The notes under the pieces were generated by a model, which did not search any database, had not been told where the DNA came from, and saw only the letters and a list, made by a program, of their open reading frames with translations. DNA of 64,000 bases, from NCBI GenBank assembly GCA_902494245.1, contig CABUSR010000005.1:6081-70080 (forward strand), in the 5' to 3' direction. This DNA is from an uncultured Collinsella sp. GTDB taxonomy: Bacteria; Actinomycetota; Coriobacteriia; Coriobacteriales; Coriobacteriaceae. Below are positions 17,804 through 27,433 of this stretch, piece by piece. Every line of letters begins with the position of its first letter. Within the stretch, counting starts at the first letter, position 1. The position numbers were made by a program, and so were the translations under genes.

Positions 17804-17984
17804 AGCCCCTCAACAACAAGCAAAGCAACAAACAGCCTCAATAATACGGCAAAGACAGCACCGTTGCCCTCGCCAACAAGAGCGGAAACGCCAATGATGC
17901 CGTCATCAACAGCGAGAACCCGTCAGCGCGAGCAAGGTGCCTTGAAAGACGAGAATGCAACAGAAATGAGGCTGCCGATGACCA

Positions 17985-18098
17985 GGCAAAAACAGCGAGA
18001 CGGCGTCAGCTGAGTCGATTTGGCCCGAAAGAGGAGGGAGCACGCCTTATGGCGGCGACCGACGAATGAGCGCCAAATCGGCCAGCTGACGCCGTCGC
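17985..18098 (-). terminator. Long bipartite hairpin plus U-tract terminating rnpB
   Basis: Arm 17995-18024 pairs with arm 18072-18098 as 9 + 14 bp around a small internal loop, with a 47-nt apical loop. It is followed on the minus strand by CUGUUUUUGCC. Confidence 0.6.
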
Positions 18099-18109
18099 AG
18101 CGTCAACAT

Positions 18110-18478
18110 AGTTGCCGAGTGGGCCTATAAGCCGGGTTCTGTCGTGAACGGTCATTTATCTTGTCTGCACGTTACCGTGCAGCTCCACGCACGCTACCCG
18201 AACGCGGACCGGGCCGGCCCATAGCGTTCCTATTCGCGCTTGCTCCGGATGGGGCTTGCCAAGCCGCCGTGTTGCCACGACGCTGGTGGTCTCTTACACC
18301 ACCGTTTCAGCTTTTCCCTTTACGCCTTGCGGCGCAGGTGGGAGTCTTCTTTTCTGCGGCGCTTTCCGTCGGATCACTCCGCCCGGCCGTTAGCCGGCAT
18401 CCCGCCCTCTGGAGCCCGGACTTTCCTCACGCGTGCCGCAAGCAGCACATCGCGCGACCGTCTGGCCCACTCAGCAGT
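18110..18478 (-). ncRNA. rnpB: RNase P RNA, bacterial type A
   Basis: The minus strand contains GAGGAAAGUCCGGGCUCC (18411-18428) and ACAGAACCCGGCUUAUAGGCCCACUC near the 3' end. P1 is formed by UGCUGAGUGGGCC (5') pairing with GGCCCACUCGGCA (3'). Confidence 0.9.
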
Positions 18479-18757
18479 GAAAGAGTGTAGCACACCGTTG
18501 CCGCGGGCAATGGCACAACACAAGCGTTCGACACGATAAACCAAGAACCACGCTATGCAGTACAATAGTGTCGTCGATGGGTAACGTCGTCAGTCGAGAC
18601 GCGACCGCGCTCCGCACCCCTCCGTCTACTCGGTGCGTTCCCGCCTCCTCCCCGAGGCGGGATGTCGGCATTTTTCATGCACCAACAACCCAATAGCCCG
18701 TGAACAGCCTAGGCGGTATTGCACGCGGGCAGCATCGCGCACCTCAGCAACAAATGC

Positions 18758-18789
18758 AAAAAGGGATCCGTCCATTGCGGACGGATCCC
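18758..18789 (-). terminator. Intrinsic terminator after rpsA
   Basis: GGGAUCCGUCC-5 nt-GGACGGAUCCC is followed on the minus strand by UUUUUGCAUUUG. Confidence 0.75.
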
Positions 18790-18815
18790 TTAAAACAAGT
18801 GATCGTCAAACCGAT

Positions 18816-19982
18816 TTACTCGGCGTCGGTCTCCTCGTCCTTCTTCTCGGAAGGCAGCGGGGTAACCTCGATCTCGACGCCCAGAGTCTCAGCAGCAGAC
18901 TTCATGGACAGGGAGATACGACGACGGTCGAGGTCAATCTCCATGACCTTGACCTGAACCTTGTCGCCCACGTGGGTGACCTGAGAAGGCTGGTCGACGT
19001 GCTTGTTGGCCATCTCGGAGATGTGCACCAGGCCCTCGATGCCCTCGCCCAGGTCGACGAAAGCGCCGAACGGGACAAGCTTGGTCACAGTGCCCTCGAC
19101 GATAGCGCCGACGGGGTACTTCTTGACCAGTGCGCGCCACGGATCCTCGGTGGTCTGCTTGAGACCCAGGGAGATGCGCTCACGGTTGAGATCGACGTCG
19201 AGAACCTCGACCTCGACCTCCTGGCCGACCTTGACAACCTCGGAAGGATGGTTGACGTGGTTCCAGGAGAGCTCGGAGATGTGGATGAGGCCGTCGATAC
19301 CGCCGAGGTCGACGAAGGCGCCGAAGTCGACGATGGAGGAAACGGTGCCCTGGAGACGCATGCCAGACTTGAGCTTGGACAGGATCTCGGAGCGCTCGGC
19401 CTTACGGGACTCCTCGAGCACGACGCGACGGGAGAGGACGACGTTGTTGCGGTTGCGGTCCATCTCGATAACGCGGGCCTCGATGCGGGTGCCCATGTAG
19501 GAGGTGAGGTCCTTGACGCGACGGAGGTCGACGAGGGAAGCGGGCAGGAAGCCACGCAGGCCGATGTCGAGGATCAGGCCGCCCTTGACAACCTCGATAA
19601 CCTCGCCCTCGACGTTCTCGCCAGAGTTGAACTTCTCCTCGATGCGGTTCCAAGCACGCTCGTACTCGGCACGCTTCTTGGACAGGACCAGACGACCGTC
19701 CTTGTCCTCCTTCTGGAGAACCAGGGCCTCGATGGGATCACCGAGTGCAACGATGTCTGCAGGGTTAGCGTCCTTGCGGATGGACAGCTCGCGGACCGGG
19801 ATAACGCCCTCGGACTTGAATCCGATGTCAACGAGCACCTCGTCATGCTCGATCTTAACGACAGTGCCGTTAACGAGATCGCCCTCATCAAAGTCGGTAA
19901 TCGTACCGTCGATGAGGTTGTTCATCTCCTCCTCGTTGACATCGTCAAGAGAGAAAATGGACGAGTTCTGAATCTCACTCAA
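18816..19982 (-). CDS. rpsA: 30S ribosomal protein S1
   Basis: 388 aa with four S1 domains (GTVVKIEHDEVLVDIGFKSEG, GEVIEVVKGGLILDIG, etc.). It uses a TTG start with AAAGGGG 7 nt upstream. Confidence 0.95.
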   Translation of the reverse strand: MSEIQNSSIFSLDDVNEEEMNNLIDGTITDFDEGDLVNGTVVKIEHDEVLVDIGFKSEGVIPVRELSIRKDANPADIVALGDPIEALVLQKEDKDGRLVLSKKRAEYERAWNRIEEKFNSGENVEGEVIEVVKGGLILDIGLRGFLPASLVDLRRVKDLTSYMGTRIEARVIEMDRNRNNVVLSRRVVLEESRKAERSEILSKLKSGMRLQGTVSSIVDFGAFVDLGGIDGLIHISELSWNHVNHPSEVVKVGQEVEVEVLDVDLNRERISLGLKQTTEDPWRALVKKYPVGAIVEGTVTKLVPFGAFVDLGEGIEGLVHISEMANKHVDQPSQVTHVGDKVQVKVMEIDLDRRRISLSMKSAAETLGVEIEVTPLPSEKKDEETDAE

Positions 19983-20298
19983 AGGTGGACCCCTTTCGAA
20001 CTACGGGGCCCCGATTGCTAGGACCTACAGAAGGGTGCGACAAGCACACAACGTTTAGGAACACTCGGGAGCCGACAGATACTAATGTGACGCTTATGCA
20101 ATCACGTTCGTATAGGTTACGGGGAAATGGGTTCGATTTCAAGCGTGAACTGCGTTTTTTTACTCGTGTGAAGACTTTTTCGTAATCTTATGGACAGCTG
20201 TCTCCACAACTTGACGATAAGCAGTTTGCCCATACACCTTTAGGGTAAAGTATCCGGAGCCAACGATTCTGGAACGATTTTTCGAGAAAGGTGCCCGC

Positions 20299-21057
20299 GT
20301 GCTCAAAGCAGTCGTTTTCGATATGGACGAAACGCTTCTTAGCATCAACCTCAATGCATTCATCCTTCGATATTTTAAGGATGTCTCGTCGATGCTCGCG
20401 GATATCGGTCGCCGCAGCCACGGTGGCACGATGGCACGCCTCGGCACCATCTTGGTCGACCTCAACGCGAATCGCCGAAGCGGCACGGATAATCGCACCA
20501 ATCTGGAGTTCTACCAAGAAGAGGTTGAGCGCCGGTGCGGCATTTGCCTCTCGGACCCACTTATCTACGAGGCGTTTACCTACTACGACCGCGAAGTCCT
20601 GCCGTACAAGAACGACGATGTCATCAACGCCCACGCCATGCCGGGCGCACACGCCGCGCTTCAGGCCGTACAGGATGCAGGACTGCGCTGCGCGCTCTTC
20701 ACCAACCCCAGCTTTCCGCAGGGGGCCATCGAGTGCCGCATGGGTTGGGGCGATCTGGCCGACGCCCCCTTTGAGCTCGTCACGCACATGGGAAACACCA
20801 CCCGCTGCAAGCCCGATGCCACCTACTATCTAGAGCAGCTTCAGGTGATGGGGCTCGAGCCGCACGAGGTCCTCATGGTGGGCAACGATCCCAAACGCGA
20901 CTTCCCCAGCCCCGCCTGCGGCATTCAGACTGCCTATGTGGGCCAAGGCAAGCCCAGCCGAGCCACCTGGCGCGGAACCATGGAAGACTTCGCCCGCGAC
21001 TTCAACGCCGTTATCGAAGCCTTCTACGAACACCAAATAGCCGACGAACTGTCCTAA
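20299..21057 (+). CDS. HAD-superfamily (subfamily IA-like) hydrolase
   Basis: 252 aa with a GTG start. It has the DxDxT motif VVFDMDETLL and a distal GNDPKRD motif. Confidence 0.8.
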   Translation: MLKAVVFDMDETLLSINLNAFILRYFKDVSSMLADIGRRSHGGTMARLGTILVDLNANRRSGTDNRTNLEFYQEEVERRCGICLSDPLIYEAFTYYDREVLPYKNDDVINAHAMPGAHAALQAVQDAGLRCALFTNPSFPQGAIECRMGWGDLADAPFELVTHMGNTTRCKPDATYYLEQLQVMGLEPHEVLMVGNDPKRDFPSPACGIQTAYVGQGKPSRATWRGTMEDFARDFNAVIEAFYEHQIADELS

Positions 21058-22373
21058 CAGACTCGAGTCTTGCCGATCATGATGTTTAGGATCTCGACGT
21101 CGGTGTCTTTCATACCCACACGGCCCACATAGCCCATGCTGGCGATCGTCTGCTCGACGGTATCCTGAATGAGGCCCTCACCGGCACGGAAGCCGCGGCC
21201 CTGCATGGCCATATCGTGACCCAGAATCGCAGCGTCAACGGCTGCCGAAATCTTAGCCGCGCAACTCGCCTTGGCGCCATCGCATACAATGCCGCCCACG
21301 TTACCGAGCGTGTTCGAAACCGTCGCGCCAATCTGCTCGCGCGTGCCACCACACAGCCAGGTAATCGCGGCACCGGCACCGCATGCGGCGCAAATAGCAC
21401 CGCAAAACGCCGAGAGCGCACCAATATAGCTCTTGATATGCACGGCGATCAGATCGGACAGCATCACGGCGCGCACCAGGCGGTCATGGTCGCAGCGCAA
21501 ATACTCGGCATACTCCATAACGGGCAAGGCACAGGTAATGCCCTGATTGCCCGAGCCGCACACGATGGCGACCGGCAGCGCGCAGCCGTTCATGCGGGCA
21601 TCGGACCCGGCGGCCGCGCGGGCACGGGCACGACAGGCGACGTCATCGGCACGAGCGCCCAGCAGCGTACGGCCCACCTCGGCGCCCCAAGCGTGCGCCA
21701 GGCCCTCGGCACTGATCGCACCGTTCAGCTCAATCTGACGCTCAACGGCAGCGCGGGCGTCCTCAATGTCACCGTCCTCGATAAAGTCGATGATGGACTC
21801 AATGCTCATAGGGGTATCGGCGTTATCTGCCGCACGCTCGGCCACGACGCGCTCGGCGCAGGCGGCACACTCCCCCGCCGACTTGCCGCATACCGGAATA
21901 CCGTCGAGCGTATGGCACGTAACATTGGTGTGGTGGTCGGTAATCTCGACGATCGCAACATGGCCCCCGGCCGTGGCAGTCACCTTGATGTAGAGGTTGG
22001 GCACACCCTCGACAAGCGACACATCGCAGTAACCGGCATCGGCGAGGAGCTCGGACACGCGAGCACGGTCTTCGTCGTTAACGCTCTCGAGCACCTCGAG
22101 CGCGCTCTTGGCGTCACCGCCCACGGCGCCCAGCACGGCCGCGGCCTCAATACCGTGCATACCGCCCGAGTTGGGCACGGTCACGCTCTTAACGTTCTTG
22201 ATGATATTGCCCGAGCAGGCAACATCCATATGATCGGGTTCGCAACCGAGCGTCTGGCTCGCCAGCGCCGCTGCATAGGCAACGGCAATGGGCTCGGTGC
22301 AGCCGAGCGCACAGACAAGCTCGCGGTTCAAAACATCGCAAAACGCGGTATCACGAAGGGAATCGGCAGGCAT
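21054..22373 (-). CDS. UPF0597 / serine-dehydratase-alpha-like protein (YhaM-type L-cysteine desulfidase family)
   Basis: 439 aa. The blocks ALGCTEPIAVAYAAA and SGNIIKNVKSVTVPNSGG are typical of UPF0597. Its 3' end overlaps the convergent HAD gene by 4 nt. Confidence 0.8.
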   Translation of the reverse strand: MPADSLRDTAFCDVLNRELVCALGCTEPIAVAYAAALASQTLGCEPDHMDVACSGNIIKNVKSVTVPNSGGMHGIEAAAVLGAVGGDAKSALEVLESVNDEDRARVSELLADAGYCDVSLVEGVPNLYIKVTATAGGHVAIVEITDHHTNVTCHTLDGIPVCGKSAGECAACAERVVAERAADNADTPMSIESIIDFIEDGDIEDARAAVERQIELNGAISAEGLAHAWGAEVGRTLLGARADDVACRARARAAAGSDARMNGCALPVAIVCGSGNQGITCALPVMEYAEYLRCDHDRLVRAVMLSDLIAVHIKSYIGALSAFCGAICAACGAGAAITWLCGGTREQIGATVSNTLGNVGGIVCDGAKASCAAKISAAVDAAILGHDMAMQGRGFRAGEGLIQDTVEQTIASMGYVGRVGMKDTDVEILNIMIGKTRVC

Positions 22374-22644
22374 AGGTATCTCCTACTTGTATAACGGACT
22401 GGGCTCTCGATAATAGTTAGCTCTTTTATTTGATAACAATGCATCAAAAACCGCAACCATGGTTCCGACGGACGGCGTTCAAGCGCAATCTGACGGCATT
22501 AATTCATGAAAAGCTAGTCTTGTTGCATGCTAAAGCGTTTGACCAAAAAACACCCGAGCGTTTACACAAAAGTCGCGCTATCATGCAGTCGAACGCGGTA
22601 AAACCTTTAGCAATTCCGCCGCACGGACCAGAGAGGAACCACTC

Positions 22645-23112
22645 ATGAAGATTGGTATCGGTAACGACCACGCCGCCGTCGAGCTCAAGAACATCATCTC
22701 CGAGCACCTGAAGGAGCGCGGCTGCGAGGTCGTGAACTTTGGCACCGACACCTCCGAGAGCTTCGATTACCCCATCGCCGGCTACAAGGTGGGTAAGGCC
22801 GTGGCCAACGGTGACGTCGACCTGGGTATCCTGATCTGCGGTACCGGCGTCGGCATCAGCCTGGCCGCCAACAAGGTCGAAGGTGTTCGCGCCGTCGTAT
22901 GCTCCGAGCCCTTCAGCGCCAAGCTCTCCCGCATGCACAACAACACCAACGTGCTCGCCTTTGGCGCCCGCGTCGTGGGCTCCGAGCTCGCCAAGATGAT
23001 TGTCGACGAGTGGCTCGACGCCGAGTTTGAGGGCGGTCGTCACGAGCGTCGCGTTAACCTCCTCAACGAGATCGACCACACGCGCGGCCTCAAGGTCGTC
23101 GACGAGGCCTAA
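22645..23112 (+). CDS. rpiB: Ribose-5-phosphate isomerase B (RpiB/LacAB family)
   Basis: 155 aa. Motifs present: MKIGIGNDHAAVELK and ILICGTGVGISLAANK. Confidence 0.9.
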   Translation: MKIGIGNDHAAVELKNIISEHLKERGCEVVNFGTDTSESFDYPIAGYKVGKAVANGDVDLGILICGTGVGISLAANKVEGVRAVVCSEPFSAKLSRMHNNTNVLAFGARVVGSELAKMIVDEWLDAEFEGGRHERRVNLLNEIDHTRGLKVVDEA

Positions 23113-23139
23113 ACTACTCAGTGCCACAAGCTAACAGCA

Positions 23140-23186
23140 GGGGCCCGCTCGGAACTCATGTCCGAGCGGGCCCCTTCATAGATTTT
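23140..23186 (+). terminator. Intrinsic terminator after rpiB
   Basis: A 14-bp stem, GGGGCCCGCTCGGA-7 nt-TCCGAGCGGGCCCC, is followed by a T-rich tail. Confidence 0.7.
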
Positions 23187-23190
23187 GGAA

Positions 23191-23225
23191 TAAAAGGGCG
23201 CCGCGGATGGAGTTCCGCGGCGCCC
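23191..23225 (-). terminator. Intrinsic terminator after ndk
   Basis: GGGCGCCGCGGA-6 nt-UCCGCGGCGCCC is followed on the minus strand by UUUUAUUCC. Confidence 0.75.
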
Positions 23226-23263
23226 AAGCCACACGCTAACAGCTTTAAGGAGTCAAAGCTGGT

Positions 23264-23668
23264 TTAGCCAAAAAAGCGCTTGATCTCGATCTCGGCGTTC
23301 TCCAGGCAGTCGGAGCCGTGGATCACGTTGGCATTGACATCGACAGCAAAGTCGCCGCGAATGGTGCCGGGGGCAGCATCAAGCGGGTTAGTAGCGCCCA
23401 TAAGGGTGCGCATCTTGGAGACAGCGGAGAGACCGGAAACGACCATCTTGACGACCGGACCGCTCGTCATAAAGTCGCAGAGACTGCCAAAGAAGGGCTT
23501 GTCGGCCAGATGGGCGTAGTGCTCCTCGACGGTAGCGCGCTCGAGCGTGGTCATCTCCATGCGCTCGATGACAAGGCCGCTGCGCTCAATGCGAGCAACG
23601 ATCTCGCCGATCTTGCGGTCGCGCACGGCGTCGGGCTTAATCATGATGAAAGTCTTCTCGATAGCCAT
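23264..23668 (-). CDS. ndk: Nucleoside diphosphate kinase
   Basis: Start trimmed to ATG 23668. The sequence begins MAIEKTFIMIKPDAV and includes NVIHGSD carrying the active-site His. Confidence 0.9.
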   Translation of the reverse strand: MAIEKTFIMIKPDAVRDRKIGEIVARIERSGLVIERMEMTTLERATVEEHYAHLADKPFFGSLCDFMTSGPVVKMVVSGLSAVSKMRTLMGATNPLDAAPGTIRGDFAVDVNANVIHGSDCLENAEIEIKRFFG

Positions 23669-23966
23669 AAGGTAGCCTTTCAAGTAGGTTCGCGCGTGCC
23701 CAAGTCCCATTCCGGCACCCGCCTGGACTGCATCGTAACAGAGTTTTAGCTGCAGTTAAACAAAAAGCTGTTTATTGAAACGCTGCAATTTATTAAAACG
23801 CTCCATATGTGTCACTTCTGTTTCGAAGCCCGATTAGAGTACCATCCGACCGCCCATCAACCGCATCGAACCGAGCGGACGGTCGGTTGTCGCCCGTGAA
23901 CGCACCCCCTTCACAACCTGCCCAAAGGTCCTACAGAAGTTCTCGACAGACCCCTCCCTTCTCTAT

Positions 23967-23999
23967 AACAAAACGGGCGCCCACCGTAGCGGGCACCCG
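23967..23999 (-). terminator. Intrinsic terminator after argH
   Basis: CGGGUGCCC-8 nt-GGGCGCCCG is followed on the minus strand by UUUUGUUAU. Confidence 0.65.
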
Positions 24000-24045
24000 T
24001 AAAGGCAAGATATGATGAACACACCAGACAGACGCATCCAATAAG

Positions 24046-25476
24046 TTAATTAGCCCCGTGACCCATCTCGACAACCTTGGTCAGCGATCCAAACATGCCT
24101 TCGTCGGCCACGAGCTGCGCCTCGGCACGCTGCAGCTGAACGGCAACGGCGGCAGGGGCGGTACCGCCCTCGGTCGTGCGCGCGGCGACAATCGACGGGA
24201 TGTCGAGCGCCTCGGTAATGTCGCGCTCAAAGAGCGGGCTTGCCTCCTGGAACACCTCAAACGGCAGGTCCTCAAGATTGCAGCCGCGCTTCTCGCACAT
24301 CAGGACCAGATGGCCCACCACGGCATGTGCCTCGCGGAACGGCAGGCCACGCTTGGCCAGGTAATCAGCAACATCGGTAGCGGCAAGGTGCCCCACGCCG
24401 CACTCGCGCGCCATGGCATCCTCGTTGACGGTCCAAGTCGAAATCATACCAGCCATAACGGACAGGCACTGCATGAGCGTGTGAGCGGTATCGAGCGCGC
24501 CCTCCTTGTCCTCCTGCAAGTCCTTGTTATAAGCAAGCGGCAGACCCTTCATGGTCACGAGCAGCTGCACCAGGTTGCCATAGACTCGGCCACTCTTGCC
24601 GCGGATAAGCTCGGCAAAGTCGGGGTTCTTCTTCTGCGGCATGATAGACGAGCCAGTGGAGTAGGAGTCTGAAAGCGTGATAAAGCCAAATTCGGAGCTC
24701 GACCACAGCACGATCTCCTCGGAAAGACGCGACAGGTGCATCGCCATGACGGAGCCGGCGTAATGCAGATCGAGCAGGAAATCACGGTCGGAAACCGCAT
24801 CGAGCGAGTTGGGAATCACGCCCGCAAAGCCAAGTTCAGCAGCCGTCATCTGGCGATCGAGCGGATAGCTCGTACCGGCAAGCGCGGCAGCACCCAGCGG
24901 GCAGTTGTCGGCGGCATCAAAGGCGGCCTTCAAACGTGTAAAGTCGCGCGCGAACATCCAGGAATACGCCAGCAGATGATGCGAGAGCAGCACGGGCTGA
25001 GCGTGCTGCATATGCGTGTAACCCGGCAGAATCACCTTGTCGTACTTCTTGGCCGCATCCACCAGCACATGGCGCAGCTCAAGATTGGCCTCCATGAGCT
25101 CCTTGGCCAGCGCCTTGACGCCCAGGCGTGTATCGGTCGCCACCTGGTCGTTGCGCGAACGCCCAGTATGCAAGCGCTTACCGGCCTCTCCGATGCGGCG
25201 CGTCAGCTCGCTCTCGATGGACATATGAATGTCCTCGTCGTTGATATCGAAGGTGAAGTTGCCGGCATCGATATCCTGTTCGATTCCGGTCAGGCCCTCG
25301 GCAATCGCCTGCTCGTCCTCGGCACTGATGATGCCTTGGGCGGCCAGCATCTTGGCATGTGCCTTAGAGCCGGCGATATCCTGCTTATAGAGATGTTTGT
25401 CGACCGGCAGCGACGCGCCAAACTCCTGCGTGACCTCGGCCACGCCTGCCTCAAAACGACCGCCCCAAAGAGCCAT
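24046..25476 (-). CDS. argH: Argininosuccinate lyase
   Basis: Start trimmed to ATG 25476 (AAGGGGA upstream). The sequence begins MALWGGRFEAG and contains the fumarate-lyase signature SSIMPQKKNPD. Confidence 0.92.
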   Translation of the reverse strand: MALWGGRFEAGVAEVTQEFGASLPVDKHLYKQDIAGSKAHAKMLAAQGIISAEDEQAIAEGLTGIEQDIDAGNFTFDINDEDIHMSIESELTRRIGEAGKRLHTGRSRNDQVATDTRLGVKALAKELMEANLELRHVLVDAAKKYDKVILPGYTHMQHAQPVLLSHHLLAYSWMFARDFTRLKAAFDAADNCPLGAAALAGTSYPLDRQMTAAELGFAGVIPNSLDAVSDRDFLLDLHYAGSVMAMHLSRLSEEIVLWSSSEFGFITLSDSYSTGSSIMPQKKNPDFAELIRGKSGRVYGNLVQLLVTMKGLPLAYNKDLQEDKEGALDTAHTLMQCLSVMAGMISTWTVNEDAMARECGVGHLAATDVADYLAKRGLPFREAHAVVGHLVLMCEKRGCNLEDLPFEVFQEASPLFERDITEALDIPSIVAARTTEGGTAPAAVAVQLQRAEAQLVADEGMFGSLTKVVEMGHGAN

Positions 25477-25594
25477 GGAACCGTCCCCTTTCATCAAATA
25501 CCAAACGAAGCGCCCAAAGCAATGCGCCATATCGCTAAAGCGATTTTTCAACCGCTAGTTTTACACATTCCCCACCGTGTGCGGAGCCATGTAG

Positions 25595-25765
25595 CTAATT
25601 TGCAAAGAAGTGACGCGCCATGCACTTGGCGCCCAACGTCTCCCTCCGCATGTTGCCCTGCGAACCATCGATCCAGGCCTTCAGGCTCATAGGAACGTCT
25701 TCGACCTTTGCAGCATCGAACTCGGGCGCGAGGGCAAGTAAAGCATGCACGAAAGCATTGAACAT
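25595..25765 (-). CDS. Hypothetical 56-aa protein inside the argG-argH spacer
   Basis: GAGGAG lies 8 nt upstream of the ATG. The product is MFNAFVHALLALAPEFDAAKVEDVPMSLKAWIDGSQGNMRRETLGAKCMARHFFAN. The ORF is below the track's size cut-off and I recognise no family. Confidence 0.4.
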   Translation of the reverse strand: MFNAFVHALLALAPEFDAAKVEDVPMSLKAWIDGSQGNMRRETLGAKCMARHFFAN

Positions 25766-25815
25766 AATGGATACTCCTCATATATATAGGCGCAGAGCCG
25801 CCAAATTGATAGAAG

Positions 25816-25845
25816 GAGCCCCGCCGGACAACCCCGGCGGGGCTC
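25816..25845 (-). terminator. Strong GC hairpin (12-bp stem) upstream of the small ORF; possible argG terminator or attenuator
   Basis: GAGCCCCGCCGG-6 nt-CCGGCGGGGCTC. The minus-strand tail CUUCUAUCAAUUU is only moderately U-rich. Confidence 0.4.
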
Positions 25846-26000
25846 GGACTCAGCCGCAGACGCGGCATCATATATGCGGGCGGAACGTAGGGGCCACCGA
25901 TGTTAAGAAGTGTCAGCAAGCATAACGAAAGGTAGGGACCCCGTGCGCCCGTTTTGTATCACGCGGATGGGCCGCGCGGATACCAAGGGAAGGAAAAGCC

Positions 26001-27227
26001 TTAGGCCTGAGCAGCAGCAGAGCTGGGACCCTGGACCTTGGCCCACGTCTTGAGCGACAGCGTGTCGATCTCGATAAAGCCGGCGCTGGCCTTCTCGTCA
26101 AACGTGGTGTCGCGGTCGTAGGTAGCCAGACCGTAGTCGTAGAGGCTGAAGGGGCTCTTGCGGCCGACGACATGGCAGTTGCCCTTAAAGAACTTCAGAC
26201 GGACGGTGCCGGTCACGAACTTCTGGGTATCGGCCATAAAGGCGTCGAGCGCGTTCTTGAGCGGGCTGTACCACTGGCCGTTATACACGGCGGTGGCCCA
26301 ATCCTGCTCGAGCTTAATCTTAGTCTTGAGCAGGTCGCCCTCGACGCAGATGTCCTCGAGCGCCTTGTGGGCGGTGATGAGCGTCAGGGCGCCGGGAACC
26401 TCGTAGCACTCGCGGCTCTTGAGGCCCACCAGACGATCCTCGACCAGGTCGAGGCGGCCAAAGCCGTTGTCGCCGGAGATCTTGTTGAGGGCGATGACGA
26501 TCTCGGAGAGCTTCATCTTCTTGCCGTCGACGGCGACGGGCTTGCCGGCCTCAAACTCAATCTCGGTATACGTCGGGGTGTCGGGCGTGTCCTCAGGATT
26601 CTTGGTCATAACCCAGGCGTCGTCGAGCGGCTCGTTCCAGGGATCCTCCAGGTGGCCGCACTCAATGGCACGACCCCACAGGTTGTCGTCGATGGAATAG
26701 GGGTTGTCGTTGGCGCCCTCGGGAACCGGCACGTTGTGGGCGTGGGCATAGGCAACCTCGTCGGGACGGCACTTCAGATCCCACTCGCGAACCGGGGCGA
26801 TGACCTTAAGCTCAGGGTCGAGGGCCTTGACGGCAGCCTCAAAACGAACCTGGTCGTTACCCTTGCCGGTGCAGCCGTGTGCGACGTAGGTCGCGCCAAA
26901 CTCGTGAGCGACCTCGACAAGCTTCTTGGCGAGCAGCGGGCGAGACAGGGCGGAGAGCAGCGGGTACTTGTTCTCGTACATGGAGTTTGCGGCGATGGCC
27001 TTGGTCAGGAACTCATCGGAGAACTCGTCGCGCAGGTCGAGCACCTGGCAATCCAGAACGCCCAGGTCAAGCGCCTTCTGTTTCTTGGCGTCCAGGCCGG
27101 TCTCCTCCTGGCCCACATTGCCGCAGACACAAACGACATCGAGATTCTTCTCGTCCTGGAGCCACTTGACACATACGGATGTATCAAGACCACCGGAATA
27201 TGCGAGAACGACTTTTTCCTTGCTCAT
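26001..27227 (-). CDS. argG: Argininosuccinate synthase
   Basis: Start trimmed to ATG 27227. The sequence begins MSKEKVVLAYSGGLDTSV and includes HGCTGKGNDQVRFE. Confidence 0.92.
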   Translation of the reverse strand: MSKEKVVLAYSGGLDTSVCVKWLQDEKNLDVVCVCGNVGQEETGLDAKKQKALDLGVLDCQVLDLRDEFSDEFLTKAIAANSMYENKYPLLSALSRPLLAKKLVEVAHEFGATYVAHGCTGKGNDQVRFEAAVKALDPELKVIAPVREWDLKCRPDEVAYAHAHNVPVPEGANDNPYSIDDNLWGRAIECGHLEDPWNEPLDDAWVMTKNPEDTPDTPTYTEIEFEAGKPVAVDGKKMKLSEIVIALNKISGDNGFGRLDLVEDRLVGLKSRECYEVPGALTLITAHKALEDICVEGDLLKTKIKLEQDWATAVYNGQWYSPLKNALDAFMADTQKFVTGTVRLKFFKGNCHVVGRKSPFSLYDYGLATYDRDTTFDEKASAGFIEIDTLSLKTWAKVQGPSSAAAQA

Positions 27228-27433
27228 GGCTGTTTCCTTTCGCCCTTGGTAGCTAGTTAGAACATCGGTCAGTTGCAAGTCACCTTGAGGTCAAAAACCG
27301 TGCAATATCAGGTTATTCAGCAGAATGCATCACAGGCATGCCCTAGAAACATGCGGCTATGTCGTGTTTAAAACCCAACGACCTCAAAATGACTCTGTTG
27401 AGGCATTGCGCCCCATGCGGACAGAGACGATTG

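Noticed and set aside
18633-20021. 462-aa plus-strand ORF.
   Set aside because: It is antisense to rpsA (S1). The Asp/Leu/Gly-rich repetitive translation mirrors the S1 repeat structure.
25548-25925. Track ORFs 25548..25919 (minus, 123 aa) and 25620..25925 (plus, 101 aa) in the argG-argH spacer.
   Set aside because: They have no SD context. They run through the strong hairpin and have Arg/Cys-rich composition. The shorter 56-codon ORF with GAGGAG is the only plausible coding candidate.
27300-27340. ArgR operator (ARG box) upstream of argG, around TATTCAGCAGAATGCAT.
   Set aside because: The half-sites are in the wrong relative arrangement and spacing for a TGAAT-N4-ATTCA box, and there is no tandem second box. 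This neither supports nor excludes ArgR control.
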